Assembly (NCBI RefSeq): GCF_000143415.4
Contig: NW_003314261.1
Span: forward strand, 372,001-436,000
From: Selaginella moellendorffii
Taxonomy: Eukaryota; Plantae; Lycopodiophyta
Length of the DNA stretch: 64,000 nt
Direction: 5' to 3'
Shown here: piece after piece, positions 1 through 12,678 of the stretch
How positions within the stretch are numbered: the stretch's first letter is position 1
Layout: every line of letters starts with the position of its first letter
Notes under the pieces: generated by a model
What the model was told of the DNA's origin: nothing
The model's database searches: none
What the model saw: the letters and a program-made list of their open reading frames with translations, nothing else
Translations under genes and position numbers: made by a program

Positions 1-81
1 CACTGCCGATCATTCAATAACCTAGCTTTGCTCTCGTCTCTCCGTCTTCTCTTGGAAGTCCAAGCATTTTTCGATTGATCC

Positions 82-1854
82 ATGGCGGTAGGCGGTGGAG
101 TCGCGAGCGGTGGCAGCGCGAGGGCGGATCTCTACCGCGGCCACACGACCAAGTATGTGATCTTGGCGTGCATTGTGGCTGCCAGCGGAGGCTTGATCTT
201 TGGCTACGATGTGGGCATCTCAGGTAAGTTTGCGCGATCATCATGGTGGCTTTCTCCTCCTCTCCGGCTCTAAACTTTGCTTGTATGATCCATCCAGGTG
301 GTGTGACGTCCATGGACGATTTCCTGGAGAAGTTCTTCCCGGGTGTCAAGAGGCACAAGGACCTTGCCGCCAATGGCGATTCCGATTACTGCAAGTATGA
401 CAACCAGAAGCTCCAGGCCTTCACATCGTCGCTCTATCTCGCGGGCCTGGTTGCGAGCTTCCTCGCCTCGCATGTCACCAAGAAGTATGGACGCCGCCCA
501 TCCATCATTTGCGGAGGTCTCAGCTTTTTGGTTGGCGCAGTGCTCAATGGCGCTGCCGCCAATCTGGTCATGCTCATCCTCGGCCGGATTATGCTGGGTG
601 TTGGCGTGGGTTTTGGCAACCAGGTAACCGATGGATCATATACAACCACCAAAGACAACGTTTTGATCATGTCCTTTCTTTCTTTTCCAGGCAGTGCCAG
701 TCTATCTCTCAGAGATGGCACCCGCGAAGATCCGTGGCGCTCTAAATATCATGTTCCAGCTCGCCATCACGATTGGAATCCTGTGCGCGAATCTTATCAA
801 CTATGGAACCGCTAAGATTCCTGGCTGGGGATGGCGCCTCTCGCTTGGTCTCGCCGGAGTACCAGCCATTCTCATGAGCGTGGGTGGTCTTTTCTTGCCC
901 GAGACTCCAAACAGTTTGATCGAGCGTGGACGCTGCGACGAAGGTCGCCGCCTCCTCGTCAAGATCCGCGGCACCGAGGAAGTGGATGCCGAGTATGAAG
1001 ATATCAAAGAGGCGAGCGATCTCGCGGCTGCCATCGCTAGCCCCTTGAAGAACATTTTCGAGCGGAGGAGTCGTCCCCAGCTCATCTTGGCGACGTTGAT
1101 CCCATTCTTCCAGCAGTTCACGGGGATCAACGCTATCATGTTCTATGCCCCGGTGCTCTTCCAGACGATCGGATTTGGCAGCGACGCATCGCTCTACTCG
1201 GCCGTGATCACCGGCGCTGTCAATGTCGTGGCTACCCTCGTCTCGATCGCGCTTGTCGATCGGTTGGGCCGCCGCTTCTTCTTCTTGCAAGCTGGAGTCC
1301 AAATGTTCGTCTCACAGGTAAGCAGCATGCTTCTCTAGATCGATCGAAGTTCTCATTCTTCCTTTCTAAATCCATAGGTGGTGGTGGCGGTGATCTTGGG
1401 CGTCAAGTTTGGAGGAACCAAGGAGCTGGACAAAGTTTACGCTGTGATCGTCGTGATCGTGATATGCTGCTACGTCTCTGCCTTTGCCTGGTCTTGGGGG
1501 CCCTTGGGCTGGCTCGTTCCCAGCGAGATTTTCCCACTGGAGACGCGATCGGCCGGGCAAGCGATCACGGTGGCAGTTAATCTCTTCTTCACCTTCGTCA
1601 TTGCCCAGGCGTTCCTCAGCATGATGTGCCATATGAAGTTCGGGATCTTCCTGTTCTTCGCGGCCTGGGTGGCGATCATGTCAGTCTTCGTCTTCTGGTT
1701 CATACCCGAGACCAAGAACGTTCCAATCGAGGAGATGATGGGTGTGTGGAGAAAGCACTGGTTTTGGAGGAGGATTGTCCCGGACCAAGATCCTCCGGTT
1801 ATCCCATACAAGCAGGATGATGAAAGCAAGATGGGCGTAGAGATGACAAACTAA
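82..1854 (+). CDS. STP: Sugar transport protein (STP-type monosaccharide/H+ symporter), copy A, intact; exons 82-223, 298-623, 691-1317, 1378-1854
   Basis: [52 protein letters not shown] and PETK motifs; GT-AG introns at canonical STP positions. Confidence 0.95.
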
Positions 1855-2400
1855 AGATCACTGAGTGAGAAGAACTAAGTAGGATGAAGACTAAAAAATG
1901 TAAAAATCTATCACTCTCAACTTTACGGCTAAGACCAACACTCAAAAACGCTAGAAACTTTCATACCGTGTTGTCTGGTAATGCGGGACAATCCGAGGAT
2001 TCTGGCTCGTTCTGGAGGTCTTCTTTGTCCTACGTCATGATATATTTCAGTGAACTCGGGTCTACGAAGCTTGCTACTCATACCTCGAGATAATCTTTTG
2101 CCCTCGGCTCCTCCTGGGACTCGCTATCTTCATCGTCCTTGTCCTACGCACCTCGGTCAATTTCACTGCACGAGGAAGATGGAAACTGTCCGCTGACTCA
2201 AGTAGATCCGAAGTCTCTAGCTCGTGGTTGTCCTCCTCCTACACCAAAGAAAGTTCTTGCACGAGGAAGAAGAAGGATGGAAATCTAAGAATTTGCCGCC
2301 ATGGTCACGGCGACACAAAGAAGCACTCAATTCTACGCGAAGACTAGTAACACGATCAAGCCGCCGATCGATCGAGCTGGGAGATCCCTCTTTGGAATCT

Positions 2401-4068
2401 ATGGCCGGAAGGAGAATTCGTGCAATGGCGAATGGTGGCGGCTTGACAACCGAGCTCTACAAGGGACGGACAACGTCTTACGTGATCCTCGCTTGCATTG
2501 TGGCCGCGTGTGGAGGCTTGACCATTGGCTACGAAATTGGAATCTCAGGCAAGACCAGATTTGTCATCGATCTATCGCGAATTTCCTTCGTTTTATCACA
2601 GGTGGTATGACATTCATGCCCGCATTCTTGGAGAAATTCAATTTCCACAGCCGTGACGACGACTCTCCATTCTACTACTGCCAGAATGAAGATAAGCGAC
2701 TCATCATCTTCACGTCCTCGCTCTATCTCGTGGGCATCGCGGCCAGCTTGCTGGCCTCTCACGTCACGAAGATTTACGGGCGGCGGCTATCGATCCTCTG
2801 TGGAGGCCTCTGTTCCCTCGTCGGTGCCGTGCTCAGTGGTGCCGCTCAAAATCTAGCCATGCTCATCTTGGGACGAATCATGCATGGCATCGGCCTTGGC
2901 TTTGGCAATCAGGTGATTGGATGATCGGTTCGCAACAAAAAACGATTTGATTCCTCGAATGCTCTGTCCAGGCAGTGCCGCTCTATCTTGCAGAGATGGC
3001 GCCGGCAAAGATCCGGGGAGCGCTCATCATCATGTTTCAGCTCGCCATCACTATCGGGATCCTCTGCGCGAATCTCATCAACTATGGCTCCCTCTGGGGC
3101 TGGCGCCTCTCCCTTGGTCTCGCCGGAGTACCAGCCATCCTCATGACCATGGGCGGATTTTTCTTGCCCGAGACTCCAAATAGTTTGATCGAGCGTGGGC
3201 GTTACGAGGAGGCTCGCCGCCTCCTCACGAAGATCCGCGGGACCGAGGAGGTGGATGCCGAGTACGAAGACATCAAAGAGGCAAGCGAGCTCGCAGTGAC
3301 AAACCCTTTCAAGGCCATCTTCCAGAGAAAGAATCGCCCCCAGCTCGTCATGGCGACCATGATCCCATTCTTCCAGCAGTTCACGGGGATCAATGCGATC
3401 ATGTTCTACGCCCTGGTGCTCTTCAAGAAGCTTGGATTTGGCACCGATGCGTCGCTCTACTCAGCCGTGATCACTGGCGCTGTGAACGTCATGGCCACGC
3501 TCGTCGCCATCACCTTCGTTGATAAGTGCGGCCGCCGCGCGCTCTTCCTGGAAGCTGGAGTCCAAATGTTCTTCACCCAGGTGAGAGATGGATTGATTGC
3601 TTCTCTTTCTTGATCCATCGACTAAAACTCTTTGCACGATCATAGATGGCGATTGGGTTGATCTTTGCGATCATTACACCATTGTCCAAATCTTTTGCCG
3701 TGATCGTCGTGATCATGATTTGCATCTACGTCTCATCCTTTGCATGGTCATGGGGGCCGCTGGGATGGCTCATTGAGATCTTCACACTGGAGACGCGGTC
3801 CGTCGGCCAGGGAATCAATGTGGCTGTCAACTTCCTCTTCACCTTCGTCATTGCGCAAGCTTTCCTCGCAATGCTATGTCACATGACGTACGGAATCTTC
3901 TTCTTCTTCGCAGCTTGGGTGTTGGTCATGTCCCTCTTCGTCTACTTCTTTCTTCCCGAGACCAAGAGCATTCCCATCGAGGAGATGACCAGCGTTTGGA
4001 GGAGGCACTGGTATTGGAAGAGGTTCGTTCCAGACGAGGATCCTCCAGCTCTTCCTTCCTATAAGTGA
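2401..4068 (+). CDS. STP: STP paralog B1, possibly decaying (in-frame deletions of QIRD and PS; stop 4 codons earlier than B2)
   Basis: Same motifs and intron positions as copy A; first intron 2549-2601 is GC-AG; GWLIEIF instead of GWLIPSEIF. Confidence 0.8.
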
Positions 4069-4111
4069 GATCGGTACTGATCAATCGAGCTAGACGATAA
4101 GCGAGGAGCTT

Positions 4112-4341
4112 TCACTGCCGAGAGGAAAAACTGTCTAGTACCTCTTGGAAGGAAAAGCAACTCTTCTGTTCTCTGTGAAACCAAAACCTTATATTGATTG
4201 TAAGCTTTTGAGTAGAAAAAATTACCACAACGATGGCATCAAGAGGCTTCCTTCCTTGACGAGCAAGAAGACGCGCCCTCCATCGCCATGGGAGATTCGC
4301 AGGTCCTCGTCCAAGTAAGTGGTGAGCAGCCACGACTGGGC
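4112..4341 (-). pseudogene. Duplicated 3' end of the fibrillin gene
   Basis: Near-identical to 8112-8341. Confidence 0.9.
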
Positions 4342-4900
4342 CGCCGCTTCTTCTTCTTGCAAGCTGGAGTCCAAATGTTCGTCTTAAGCAGCATGCTTCT
4401 CTAGATCGATCGAAGTTCTCACTCTTCCATTCTAAATCCGTAGGTGGTGGTGGCGGCGTCAAGTTTGGAGGAACCAAGGAGCTGGACAAAGTTTACGCTG
4501 TGATCGTCGTGATCGTGATATGCTGCTACGTCTCTGCCTTTGCCTGGTCTTGGGGACCCTTGGGCTGGCTCGTTCCCAGCGAGATTTTCCCACTGGAGAC
4601 GCGATCGGCCGGGCAAGCGATCACGGTGGCAGTTAATCTCTTCTTCACCTTCGTCATTGCGCAGGCGTTCCTCAGCATGATGTGCCATATGAAGTTCGGG
4701 ATCTTCCTGTTCTTCGCGGCCTGGGTGGCGATCATGTCAGTCTTCATCTTCTGGAGACCAAGAACGTTCCAATCGAGGAGATGATCGGTGTGTGGAGAAA
4801 GCACTGGTTTTGGAGGAGGATTGTCCCGGACCAAGATCCTCCGGTTATCCCATACAAGCAGGATGATGAAAGCAAGATGGGCATAGAGATGACAAACTAA
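4337..4900 (+). pseudogene. 3' fragment of STP copy A
   Basis: Matches 1265-1854 with small deletions and a frameshift; no 5' exons. Confidence 0.9.
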
Positions 4901-5090
4901 AAATCATTGAGCAAGAACTATAGAACTAAGTAGGATGAAGACCAAGAAATGTAAAAATCTATCACTCTCAACTTTATGGCCAAGACCAACACTCAAGAAT
5001 TCGCCACCGTGGTCACGGCGACACAAAGAAGCATTCAATTCTACGCGAAGACTAGTGCCAGATCGATCGGGAGATCCCTCTTTGGAATCT

Positions 5091-6788
5091 ATGGCCGGAA
5101 GGAAAATTCGTGGAGTTGCGAATGGTGGCGGCTTGAGAGCCGGGCTCTACAAGGGACGGACAACGTCTTACGTGATCCTCGCTTGCATTGTGGCCGCGTG
5201 TGGAGGCTTGATCTTTGGCTACGAAGTGGGAATCTCAGGCAAGACCAGATTTGTCATCGATCTATCGCGAATTTCCTTCGTTTGATCACAGGTGGTATGA
5301 CATCCATGCCCGCATTCTTGGAGAAATTCAATTTCCACAGCCGTGACGACGACTCTCCATTCTACTACTGCCAGAATGAAGATCAGCGACTCACCATCTT
5401 CACGTCCTCGCTCTATCTCGCGGGCATCGCGGCCAGCTTGCTGGCCTCTCACGTCACGAAGATTTACGGGCGGCGGCTATCGATCCTCTGTGGAGGCCTC
5501 TGTTCCCTCGTCGGTGCCGTGCTCAGTGGTGCCGCTCAATATCTACCCATGCTCATCTTGGGACGAATCATGCATGGCATCGGCCTTGGCTTTGGCAATC
5601 AGGTGAGTGGATTATCGGTTCGCAACAAAAAACGATTCGATTCCTCGAATGCTCTGTCCAGGCAGTGCCGCTCTATCTATCAGAGATGGCGCCGGCAAAG
5701 ATCCGGGGAGCGCTCAACATCATGTTTCAGCTCGCCATCACTATGGGGATCCTCTGCGCGAATCTCATCAACTATGGCTCCCTCCAAATCCGGGATTGGG
5801 GCTGGCGCCTCTCCCTTGGTCTCGCCGGAGTACCAGCCAGCCTCATGACCATGGGCGGATTTTTCTTGCCCGAGACTCCAAATAGTTTGATCGAGCGTGG
5901 GCGTTACGAGGAGGCTCGCCGCCTCCTCACGAAGATCCGCGGGACCGAGGAGGTGGATGCCGAGTACGAAGATATCAAAGAGGCAAGCGAGCTCGCAGTG
6001 ACAAACCCTTTCAAGGCCATCTTCCAGAGAAAGAATCGCCCCCAGCTCGTCATGGCGACCATGATGCCATTCTTCCAGCAGTTCACGGGGATCAATGCGA
6101 TCATGTTCTACGCCCCGGTGCTCTTCCAGAAGCTTGGATTTGGCACCGATGCGTCGCTCTACTCAGCCGTGATCACTGGCGCTGTGAACGTCATGGCCAC
6201 GCTCGTCGCCATCACCTTCGTTGATAAGTGGGGCCGCCGCGCGCTCTTCCTGGAAGCTGGAGTCCAAATGTTCTTCACCCAGGTGAGAGATGGATTGGTT
6301 GCTTCTCTCTCTTGATCCATCGACTAAAACTCTTTGCACGATCATAGGTGGCGATTGGGTTGATCTTTGCGATCATTACACCATTGTCCAAACCTTTTGC
6401 CGTGATCGTCGTGATCGTGATTTGCATCTACGTCTCATCCTTTGCATGGTCATGGGGGCCGCTGGGATGGCTCATTCCCAGCGAGATCTTCACACTGGAG
6501 ACGCGGTCCGTCGGCCAGGGAATCAATGTGGCTGTCAACTTCCTCTTCACCTTCGTCATTGCGCAAGCTTTCCTCGCAATGCTATGCCACATGACGTACG
6601 GGATCTTCTTGTTCTTCGCAGCTTGGGTGTTGGTCATGTCCCTCTTCGTCTACTTCTTTCTTCCCGAGACCAAGAGTGTTCCTATCGAGGAGATGACCAG
6701 CGTTTGGAGGAGGCACTGGTATTGGAAGAGGTTCGTTCCAGACGAGGATCCTCCAGCTCTTCCTTCCTATAAGCGAGATCGGTACTGA
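5091..6788 (+). CDS. STP: STP paralog B2, apparently intact
   Basis: All STP motifs present; 4 exons; GC-AG first intron. Confidence 0.9.
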
Positions 6789-6819
6789 TCAATCGAGCTA
6801 GACGATAAGCGAGGAGCTT

Positions 6820-7554
6820 TCACTGCCGAGAGGAAAAACTCTCTAGTACCTCTTGGATGTTCTGTCCTCTGTGAAACCAAAACCTTAGATTGATTGTTCG
6901 CTTTTGAGTAGAAAAAATTACCACGACGATGGTATCAAGGGGCTTCCTTCCTTGACGAGCAAGAAGACGCGCCCTCCATCGCCACGGGAGATTCGCAGGT
7001 CCTCGTCCAAGTAGCCACGACTGGACCGCCGCTTCTTCTTCTTGCAAGCTGGAGTCCAAATGTGCTTCTCTAGATCGATCGAAGTTCTCACTCTTCCATT
7101 CTAAATCCATAGGTGGTGGTGGCGGTGATCTTGGGCGTCAAGTTTGGAGGAACCAAAGAGCTGGATAAAGTTTACGCTGTGATCGTCGTGATCGTGATAT
7201 GCTGCTACGTCTCTGCCTTTGCCTGGTCTTGGGGACCCTTTCGTTCCCAGCGAGATTTTCCCACTGGAGACGCGATCGGCCGGGCAAGCGATAATCTCTT
7301 CTTCACCTTCGTCATCGCGCAGGCGTTCCTCAGCATGTGCCATATGAAGTTCGGGATCTTCCTGTTCTTCGCGGCCTGGGTGGCGATCATGTCAGTCTTC
7401 TCTTCTGATTCATACCCGAGACCAAGAACGTTAGATGATGGGTGTGTGGAGAAAGCACTGTCTTTGGAGGAGGATTGTCCCGGACCAAGATCCTCCGGTT
7501 ATCCCATACAAGCAGGATGATGAAAGCAAGATGGGCGTAGAGATGACAAACTAA
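6820..7554. pseudogene. Second fibrillin 3' fragment (-) fused to a degenerate STP-A 3' fragment (+)
   Basis: Same junction as at 4337 (here TGGAC); multiple indels. Confidence 0.88.
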
Positions 7555-7694
7555 AGACCATTGAGCGAGAACTATAGGACTAAGTACGATGAAGACGAAA
7601 AACTGTAAAAATCTATCACTCTCAACTTTACGGCTAAGACCAACACTCGAGAATTCGCGGCCGCGGTCACGGCGAGACAAAGAAGCATTCAATT

Positions 7695-8050
7695 CTGCCG
7701 TGCTCGTCGTGATCGTGATTTGCATCTACGTCTCATCCTTTGCATGGTCATGGGGGACGCTGGGATGGCTCATTCCCAGCGAGATCTTCACACTGGAGAC
7801 GCGGTCCGTCGGCCAGGGAATCAATGTGGCTGTCAACTTCCTCTTCACCTTCGTCATTGCGCAAGCTTTCCTCGCAATGCTATGCCACATGATGTCCGTC
7901 TTGTTCTTCGCAGCTTGGGTGTTGGTCATGTCCCTCTTCGTCTACTTCTTTCTTCCCGAGACCAAGAGTGTTCCCATCGAGAAGATGACCAGCGTTTGGA
8001 GGAGGCACTAGTATTGGAAGAGGTTCGTTCCAGACGAGGATCCTCCAGAT
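7695..8050 (+). pseudogene. STP-B last-exon fragment; upstream exons deleted
   Basis: Matches about 6398-6760; joined directly to the B upstream region; TGG>TAG nonsense change. Confidence 0.88.
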
Positions 8051-8221
8051 AAGCGAGATCGGTATCCGGCAGAGGACTGATCAGTCGAGCTAGACGATCA
8101 GCGAGGAGCTTTCAGTGCCGAGAGGAAAAACTGTCTAGTACCTCTTGGAAGGAAAAGCAACTCTTCTGTTCTCTCTGAAACCAAAACCTTATATTGATTG
8201 TAAGCTTTTGAGTAGAAAAAA

Positions 8222-9508
8222 TTACCACGACGATGGTATCAAGGGGCTGCCTTCCTTGACGAGCAAGAAGACGCCCCCTCCATCGCCACGGGAGATGCGC
8301 AGGTCCTCGTCCAAGTAAGTGGTAAGCAGCCACGACTGGGCTTTGTTGCCTGGTATCGAAAACTTAAGAGGTGGCTGACCTGAGAGTGTGCGCGCCACCG
8401 AGTTCGCAGCGTCTTGCAGGGGACGAAGAGCGTCTTGAGCTGGTGTGAGATCGATTTTACGTCCCATGAAGTCGACGGTGTCGGGGAGTTCAACGGAATC
8501 TGTGAGCTGCGGTGTTCCAATCACTCCTTCCTCGAATTTAATCTGCGTTAAAGAGGAAGAACTTGTTAGTTATGAAACATGTATGCAGCGTAGAAGAAAA
8601 CCAGGCTCCAAGTTTTCTAAGCCAGTTATCGCTTCTAAACGCTACACTCTCTCTTGAGCAACCTATTGTGGCTTCTGCTGAGTGGCTTCCCAAGCAGAAG
8701 TGTATCTCTGTTGCTCGTCAAGGTCTAACCAAACCAGACAAATCACGAACACTAAGAAACAATGATCTTACTTGCACGCGCTTTGGACTCCTGACTTCGA
8801 ACGAAGCTGATGCGCTAAACGATGTGGTTGCCAAAGGACCCACAAAACTCACAGAATTTTGGACTGTCAGTGCGTTGGAATCAACAGTCTGGGAGATCTC
8901 TCCAACTTTTACCAGCGGCAAAGTTCCCGCTGCTAAGAGAGGAAAGAGCTCCGAGAAAGAAGTGTATCTAGAATCAGATGAAAATCTTAGTCGACCAAGA
9001 GGCAAGAGCAAAGAGAGAGAGAGAAAAGAGGAAGAACTAAAAGGACTTACGCGAGGATCCATTTGCCATTGAGCACGGCCAATGCTTCGGTCGGAGCTGG
9101 AGTTGGATTCTTAGCTTCTAGCTGAGTGATGAGCTCATTCACCTCGGCTCTAGTCTCGCTGCTAGCTTTAAGACCTCGCTCTGTTCCATACAAAGAATCC
9201 AGCAGCGCCTTCTTAAGCCCCTCTGTATCGCCATCCTTCTCTTTCTCGTCGGACACCGCAGTTCCTACTCCATTCCCTGCCTTGCTCGCCTTCTTCTCAG
9301 CGGCACCCTCGCCCCATTCGTCGTTCCCATCCGACGCCAAAGCCTGCAATCTGTGCCTGGCACCCAGAGACAACCTAGTAGCAGTGGCAATTGACCTGAT
9401 CGAAGGGCCGCTGTGGAGGAAATGCGCGCTGGCGCGCTCGCGGGACGGCGATGGGCATGCGTTCGCAACGCCGAGCCTCGGGAACGCCTCGGAAGAGATC
9501 GCCGCCAT
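8222..9508 (-). CDS. FBN1: Plastid lipid-associated protein / fibrillin (FBN1-like); exons 9508-9051, 8967-8772, 8542-8222
   Basis: Transit-peptide-like N-terminus; [51 protein letters not shown]. Confidence 0.93.
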
Positions 9509-9699
9509 GATCTGTGTGATCAAGCCAATTGGTTCTTTCAATGCCACGTATGTGAAAACCCTGTCTAATATCTCGTGGTTACTCTGTCCAATCGTAGGAA
9601 TATAACACGTTTTGTCAGACAATAGAATATTCTTTCTTTTTTATCGAAAAAGCATCAACTTTTTTTCCCACGAATAGTGTTTTGAAAGGATCATAGCAG

Positions 9700-11180
9700 C
9701 AAATACATTTATTGAAAGGTATCTTCACCACTTGATTTAAAAGATAAAGTTTTAGTTTTTATGATAATGTAAAATCATATATTTTCATATGTGATTAATA
9801 TCTATATTCTAAAAATTACTCCCGAGAATATCTTGTATTTATTTTAATTGCTATCTCAAAATAAAAATCTAGGAAAGGAATTACTGAGTGCTCAGCTGAG
9901 ACCATAGAAAATCTAATCTAACTCTCTCTACTCACTCAGGCCTTTTGAGTCCCTGTTCATAAATTCCTCTGAACTGAGGTTTAGAGTAGTTTACATATAA
10001 CACTCTATCATTTAATCCTTAAAAGTAAGCTTCCTCTTCAAGCACAAGAAACCATTAACCTATAGTATGTTCATGTTGAATGTCAAACATATCAATGAAC
10101 AAGACTTGTAAGTTTCAGCTTTCATCTTCTAGTGGTGTATATGAAATTGCCATATTAGTAAACAGGTCCACTTCTTAGCCACATGACATTTATTAATGAC
10201 CATTTTAGGAATATCTTATATACCAAAGTTAAGAGTTAAACATTTGATGAACCAATCACCTATAAATAATCCATTAAATACTTAAAATCTTTGTCTTTTA
10301 TAGTGTATTAAATACTTACTAAAATTAAGGGGTTTGAATTAATAATTTAAGAATCTTTAAAAAGTACAATGAATTAAGTTTATTTAAATCATGGCACAAC
10401 ATAACTTCATCCACTAAAGCTGAAATGCCCTTGGAATTGTTATTGTTGTCATATGCCTATATGGCTAGGCAACAATTGGGATATGTGTTATTTTTCAAGT
10501 ATTAAATAAAGTTTTTCTCAATTGAGATATAATTGTGGAGTTTCATCACCATTGCCAAAAAATCTCCTCAAAAATGCAATTAACATGAAAAATACAAAGG
10601 GATTGAGAGGAAATGTAATGCTTACCAATTTATTCTAGTAGTGATGTTTATAATCAGCAACTTTATTAATATAATGTGCATTATACCATATAATTCACAA
10701 TGGATGGATGCAATTCACATTCTAGCACTTCAATTTGAAGGTGATGTTCATGGAATACAGGAATTTTACAAGAAAACATGTTAATTATTAATTTTATAAA
10801 GACCAATGTACAATAAGTTTTATTTGGAAAAGGTTTTAAATATATAAAACCATTTATTAATCACTAGGCTTACTAAGCTTTAACAGTGATGATGTAAAGT
10901 TAGTTAGTTTTACAAATGGATTGAAAATGTATGTTGAGAATCTAATTAGTAATAAATAAAATTTATCACTAATCACATAGAATGAATTTACATCCCACCT
11001 AAAAAAGACTATCCACTAAATACTTTTGAACAAGTAATTTTTTGTTATTATATAGATCATATTTAACAAATGATAAGTATTGTTTCCAAAAGTAAAATGT
11101 TATATAAGATTTAAAAATAATTAATAAATCTAAATAAACTTAAAGTAAACTATATAGTAATAATTATATATAATAGTTTT
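9700..11180. mobile_element. AT-rich decayed repeat, possibly a DNA-transposon (hAT-like) relic
   Basis: Abrupt drop in GC with near-absence of CG; only a weak KKSPQK motif near 10555. Confidence 0.25.
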
Positions 11181-11247
11181 TTTTTAGGATATTAGATTCC
11201 CGCCACAGCTTAAATGTTGAAATGAGGAATTAGGGTTTACATAGGGT

Positions 11248-12527
11248 ATGGCGTCATGGAGGCTTCCCCAGGGGCGCGCGGTGGATTCGGTGCGATGGCT
11301 GCCATCGTCGGCGGCGGCCTGGGACCGAATGCTGGTGTCAACCCTGTTTGATCCAGAGACAGGCAAGCCTAGCCTAGAGCTTAATGCCCTGGGCAGCAAA
11401 GATTCCACCGAGGGAAGGCCATGGCTGGATTTGCGAGGCGAGTGGGAGCTGCCCGGACGAGTCTCGGCCCTCGCCACCGCTGCATTGCAAGGGGAGAATT
11501 TCCTTGCGGTGGCGGGCAGCATCGAGGGGTCCGTGACAGTGGTACCAGTGGATGCCGTGCAAGTGACTACGTCGGAGCTTCTAGACAAGGAGCCTCTCGT
11601 TCTTTCCGGTTTGCACGAGGCTAGCGTCTGCGCTGTGGACGTCCTGGACGATTCCGGGGACTGCTTGGCCGTGGGGGAGGATGGAAAGATTAGCGTAGTG
11701 AAGATCTCCGAGTCCGAGCTTCTTCCCAAGCGTGTTCACGACAGTCATGGCCATGTCTCCTTCTCTGCCGCGCATTGGGCTTCGTCTATGGAGTTCGTGA
11801 CCGCCGGAGTGGGAGCTCCATTGCAGTGGTGGGATCTTCGTAAACCGGGTGGAGCTGTCTCGCAATGCCGCTTGAAATGGTGGGGGATCTAAAGCTCTCA
11901 TTGCCTTCCTTCGCTTATAAACTTTCGCTTCACAGGGACGGTTCTTCACCGGGATTCGTTCACTCTCTGGACGTCCATCCCTCTCGGAAGCATCTCTGCG
12001 TGGTGCGTTAGCTTGTTTTGTTTCATTTTTTTCTGGATCCTTAATAGTTCTTGTTGTCAAGGTCGGAGGCTCTGGAGGATCCATCTTCGCTTGGGACCTT
12101 CGATGGCAAAGAGATGCCGTGAAGCTAGCGGGTGTTTCTGCGAGTAAATCGGCGATTGTAGAGAGCGAGGTCTGGGAAGTCAAGTACGACCATGCGTCTA
12201 CGATTTCGTCTTCATCGGACTCTGGAAAGGTCCCTCCAGTTATGTTTTGCTCGGAAGATGGTGTTCTAGCAACCATTGAAGGAGGTAAGCGTTTTTTCTG
12301 TCGTGCAAGCTTTGATATGGATGCTTAAAAATCCTTGGTGCAGGCAATGTTACCGAGCTTCTCGCGGAGCCTTGCGCCATCAATTCTTTCGATGTTGATT
12401 GCGAGAATGGAAAGGTAAGGCGTGAATTTCTCGAGACAAGCTTACTAGTTTATATGATTTATTGATGCAGGACATTGTGTGTGGCTTGGAACATGAAAGC
12501 ATTCTTTTTTTGAAGAGACGAATATGA
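11248..12527 (+). CDS. NUP43: WD40 nucleoporin NUP43-like (about 5 exons)
   Basis: VDSVRWLP, FVTAG..LQWWDLRKPGG, IHSLDVHPSRKHLC, ESEVWEVKYD, PVMFCSEDGVL. Confidence 0.88.
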
Positions 12528-12678
12528 GAATCAATACCGATGAAGTTGTTCATGTAGCTCTAAACAACAAATATTCCTTTAATAAGATACATTACCTTTT
12601 ATTTAGAAGGTATATTAACTGATTAAAGGGTATACTTGAATATATAAAGGACAAATAGAATAAAAAAATCTTAGGGCA

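Noticed and set aside
4935-5848. Extended or chimeric STP N-termini in the ORF track
   Set aside because: Read-through of spacer and intron; the true start is 5091
8563-9605. Plus-strand ORFs over fibrillin (and similar minus-strand ORFs over NUP43 and the STP genes)
   Set aside because: Antisense shadows with no recognisable motifs
9625-9632. Single P1BS/NIGT1-type site (GAATATTC) upstream of fibrillin
   Set aside because: One site in AT-rich DNA is expected by chance
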